Positions 59,895-64,000 of a DNA stretch of 64,000 bases are shown in pieces. The stretch is from Mobula hypostoma. Taxonomy: Eukaryota. Numbering within the stretch: position 1 is the stretch's first letter; every line of letters starts with the position of its first letter. A model generated the notes under the pieces. It saw only the letters and a program-made list of their open reading frames with translations, was not told the DNA's origin and made no database searches. The stretch spans positions 81,160,001 to 81,224,000 of the forward strand of contig NC_086097.1 of NCBI RefSeq assembly GCF_963921235.1, in the 5' to 3' direction. The translations under genes were made by a program, and so were the position numbers.

Positions 59895-61205
59895 AGCATC
59901 CAGGCAAGCCCATTGTTTCTACCTACTCATGTCTGCCTACCTTATCTTTATATTGTCTCCCTTGGTTCAGCCCCTTCCTACCTACATCTGTAGTTCTTCA
60001 CACATTCATCGATTCATCAACTTTGCTGCCAACATCCACCTTGCCCTCAAATTGACTTGGCCATCTCTGAAACCATTCTTTGTGATCTTGATCTCTCCAT
60101 CTCTGGAAACAAACTACCTACTGATTCATTTTATAAACCTACTGACTCTCACAGCTACATTGACTCTGCCTGCTCCCACCCTGTCACTTGTAAAAATGCT
60201 ACTTCCCTTTTCTCAAATTCTTTGTCTCTACTACATATGACAAAAAGGAAATTGCCTTTTAAACTCACGAGAGAGCATAGGCTATCAACTTTTTGCTGTT
60301 GTGTTTCTGTAGCAGGCAATTTCCTTTTTACGAGGTCGAGTTGCTCGCTCGACGCTCAACCCTGCACAGATAGAAAGCATGCCTGGGGAGCCGGCTGGGT
60401 TTGAACTCAGGAAGCTTTGCTCTGAGGTCTGGCACTGATGCCACTACACCACCAGACAGCCACATGTGTTCTCAGGATGAAACTTTCCCATTTCAGGGCA
60501 CTGAGATATACTCCTTCTTCAAGAAACAGGGTTTCCCTTCCACCACCATTGATGCAGCTCTCACTCACATCTCCTCCATTTTCCGCACATCCGTCTTCAC
60601 CCCATTCTCCTGTCACTAAAACAGGGGTAGCATTCCCTTCATCCTTAACCTATCACCTCATCAGCATCTACAACTAGCATGTTATCCTCAATAACTTCCG
60701 CCATCTACCACAGGATCCTACCACCAAGCACATCTTTCCCTACTCCACCCCCACTCTTCACTTCCCATTGGGATCACTCTCCATGTGACTCCTTGTCCAC
60801 TCAACCCTTTCCACTGATCAGCGGGAAAAGTGCTACACCCGCCCCCAAACTTCTTCCCACACATCTATTGAGAGCCCCAAACAGTCCTTCCAGGTGAGGT
60901 GACACCTTAATTCCAAGTCTATCAGGGTCATCTACTGTATCTGGTGCTCCCAGTCAGTACTCTACCTCAGTGAGAAGACCTGGCGTAGACTGGCGGACCA
61001 CTTTGTTGAGTACCTTCACTCCATCCACCAGGAAAGGCAGGATTTCCCACTAGCCACCTATCTCAATTCAACTTCCCACTCCAGCACGTCAGTACATGGC
61101 TTTCTATACTCCCATGATGACGCCACGTTCAGCTTGGAAGAGCAACACCTTATATTTCCTCTGCGTAGCCTCCCACCTGATGGCATGAACATCGATTTTC
61201 AAACT
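59895..61205 (+). mobile_element. PLE, internally deleted (RT pieces, linker, GIY-YIG), interrupted by a SINE
   Basis: PGKPIVS, LSPLVQPLPTYI, FYKPTDSHSYID...SHPVTCKNA, SFFKKQGFP, EEQHLIFPLRSLPPDGMNIDF. Confidence 0.88.
60240..60459 (-). mobile_element. tRNA-derived SINE with RTE-like core, third tail type
   Basis: On -: TGGTGTAGTGG, GTTCAAACCC, gggttgagcgtcgagcgagcaactcgacctcgtaaaaa; imperfect TSD ctacatatg / ccacatgtg. Confidence 0.85.
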
Positions 61206-61237
61206 AATGACAATATATTCATATTCTCTCTCTCGCT

Positions 61238-61268
<31 letters not shown>

Positions 61269-62739
61269 ATTAACTGGCTTTGGAAGGCCATTGGTGAGAT
61301 CACAAGTCACCCCAGTTCTGTCCTTATCTGTATCAATTTATATACCTTTTTTGTCAGGGGTGACAGGAGAGTGATTGGAAGCAAGCCCTTGCCTGATTTC
61401 TACATTTTTATCCCTAGATGCTGACTTCATTTTTCATATCCTGTCACTATTTCACCCAAACACAGCTGCAGTCCAGGTGCCAAGATGCACTATTTTGCAG
61501 TATACTGGGCTGAGTATAGAAGAGTGGGCCTGCATTATTGCTGCTAGTTAAACAGAAGAATAGTCAATTTGAACACTAATCCTTACATGATCATTCATGT
61601 TGGAAAAGATAATTACACCTCATGAGTGACAATGACTGGTCATAGTGCTTTTATTCTGGTGGTTGCATTCTACTTGTCTCTCAAAGCAAAATCTTTATTT
61701 TTGCATTAAACATCATCAGATATTCAGTCTTTGGTGCAAGTAGCAAACTCAATTATATATGTACCTTAAGGATACTTTCTCCCTACTATTGTTTTCTCCA
61801 TTTACTCAACTCTTGGGCCTTCCAATTGCTCCAAGGGCAACATTTTGATAATGCTTCATTGATTCTGATTTACTACAACCACAAGGAAATTCTTTTCAAA
61901 CTGTACTGACAACCATACTAATTATACTGAAATATGCTCAGAGAAATTTGTGCAGTTTGCTTAATAACATGGATGACATATTGTTCTGCTTGAAGGGGCT
62001 CATTGATAATGCTGCACAGGAATACAATTGAATTTTTAAATTCTGAAAACTGAATACACATTAAGTTGCAAGTGAAATGCCAGTTTTATTCAGAACAAGA
62101 AGATGCGCACAGAGGATTAATTCACCACATATTGTTTGCTCTCATGTCTATTTTACCATAGCATGAAATTCATTCAATTTGTTTTGGACAGTTGCATGCA
62201 AAACGGTTCCTTGCTTTGAAACAGTGATTACATTTAAATAGGATTCCCTGATGAGACAAGCTTTGGGATGGCCTAAATATGAAAAATGTGATATAAATGC
62301 AATTTATTCTTTCTTGTAAGGGAAAAATGAGGAAATTAGGATCAGGAAGCTATATAACGTCAACTGTGGTTGCAGACAGACGACGAGCCATGGACCGAGG
62401 GATGTAAAAACAGAGAACAGGAAATAAGATGGCGCCACGAAGACAGATAGAACAGAAAATAATTTTGGAGTTTTCTGCTTTTCTATCAAACATTTGAATT
62501 CCTTCAAGAATTAAGATAATTTTCCCAGAAACAGACACAATAACAATGGCATTGATTTGTACAATGCCAAGTGCTTAGAAAGACTTCATGGATGGTTTTC
62601 ACTAATAGGATAATTTTAATGTACAAATATGCTTATTATAACAAGGAGACTTTCTCTACTATGTACATCACCTCAGTTGCACAGTCCCATCAGTCACATT
62701 CCCCCTTGTATTAGTCTCCTAAACCCTAAAACGTTCACT

Positions 62740-62980
62740 CTCATATACTCACCAATCTCCTCTTTTGGTTCTTTGTCACTTACTCTAACTAAGTGCAATT
62801 TACAGGAACTGATTAGTCTGACAGCTTATTTTTGGGATCAGAGAGGAAGCTGGAGCAGCTGAAGCAAACTCACATGATCAGAGGAAGAATGCACAAACTC
62901 AGCACTGATAAAACCCTGCTCAGAACTGACACTGGGTTGGCTCACTGGAATTGGGAGGGAGCAGTGTTGATTGCAGTCTG
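62740..62980 (-). mobile_element. Degraded V-domain SINE
   Basis: gaggaagctggagcagctgaagcaaactcacatgatcagaggaagaatgcacaaactc is the reverse complement of a V-core. Confidence 0.55.
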
Positions 62981-63527
62981 TCTCAGGTTGATACCAATGA
63001 ATGCAACCATTACATAGCTTATCAGCAAGAACTACCCCTTGAACAATGCCATCCTGTGTGGTCCCGTCAAATAACTTGATTAGAAATAATTGTCCCTTTC
63101 AATTTCCAATCAACTTAACTATTTAAACAGGGATGGTCTGATCAATGTTGCGATTTACCCTATTTTAACGTTATTCCTTCTCTCACGCACTGAATTATAT
63201 CAGTAAAACAAAAGTCCCCACCACAAGAGAGTGGAGAAAACCTCAAAATAATTTGGGAGCAGGTTCAACTTGAGTGACTAACATGCACTACTAATCTTGT
63301 CTCAGAAAATAGCATTGGCAGAGGCTTCAGAACTGTCTACCTGATTCACATCAAGAATGCATAACCTGGGAAAACTAACAACAGGAGATCTGTCATTAAT
63401 ATCTCAGTCTAGCCCTCCTTTCAATATAATTTTATCCCTCACCATTTTTGTTCAATGACCGTATCCCAAAGCAAGCATTGAGAAATGGATTTTTAAAACT
63501 TTAAGTTATCAAAAAAAAAGCTAAATC

Positions 63528-64000
63528 GATCCCACACCCCACACTTCCTGTTTCTACATCCCACACCCCGCATTTCCCGTTTCTACCTCCTGCCCAAGAT
63601 CCACAGACCTGCCTGTCCTGGCAGACCTATTGTCTCAGCTTGCTCCTGCCCCACCGAACTCATTTCGGCATACCTCGACACGGTTTTATCCCCCCTTGTT
63701 CAATGCCTTCCTACCTATACTCGTGACTTCTCACGCTCTTAAATTTTTCGATGATTTTAAGTTCCCTGGCCCCCACCGCTTTATTTTCACTATGGATGTT
63801 CAGTCCTTATATACTTCCATCCCCCATCAGGAAAGTCTCAAAGCTCTCCGCTTCTTTTTGGATTCCAGACCTAACCAGTTCCCCTCTACCACCACTCTGC
63901 TCCGTCTAGCGGAATTAGTCCTTACTTTTGATAATTTCTCCTTTAGCTTCTCCCACTTCCTCCAAACTAAAGGTATAGCTATGGGCACCCGTATGGGCCC
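63528..64000 (+). mobile_element. PLE reverse transcriptase region, running off the window end
   Basis: RFYLLPKIHRPACPGRPIVSACSCPTELISAYLD, then after a frameshift near 63727 FTMDVQSLYTSIPH and FLQTKGIAMGTRMG; ~29-bp duplication at the 5' junction. Confidence 0.92.

Noticed and set aside
882..63017. Remaining short ORFs in the six-frame track
   Set aside because: Antisense or off-frame translations of repeats, or low-complexity sequence with no recognisable domains.

Overview
Eukaryotic, AT-rich and almost entirely repeat-derived DNA. The repeat mix (CR1, Rex1/Babar-type and Penelope-like retroelements, V-domain and tRNA/RTE SINEs) points to a cartilaginous fish, probably a ray; this is an inference from sequence style. 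I can support no host protein-coding gene, rRNA, true tRNA or CRISPR. The longer ORFs are retroelement fragments and the rest look like noise. Main contents: (1) a full-length but disrupted Ty3/Gypsy (Mag-like) LTR retrotransposon at 45879-50347, with 229-bp LTRs and an ACCAG target-site duplication (TSD). It has no tRNA primer-binding site (PBS); instead a 16-nt segment is perfectly complementary to its own LTR across the poly(A) signal, suggesting self-priming. (2) Many Penelope-like element (PLE) pieces carrying minimal hammerhead ribozyme motifs, including two short insertions with inverted termini and 14-bp TSDs. (3) Three tRNA-headed SINEs with a shared core but different tails. (4) Non-autonomous elements that begin with AAGATGGCG and end in LINE-type tails. 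(5) A hAT-like and a Tigger-like DNA transposon derivative and a probable solo LTR. (6) Several nested insertions. Boundaries of old, degraded repeats are approximate; family names come from motif recognition, not database searches.
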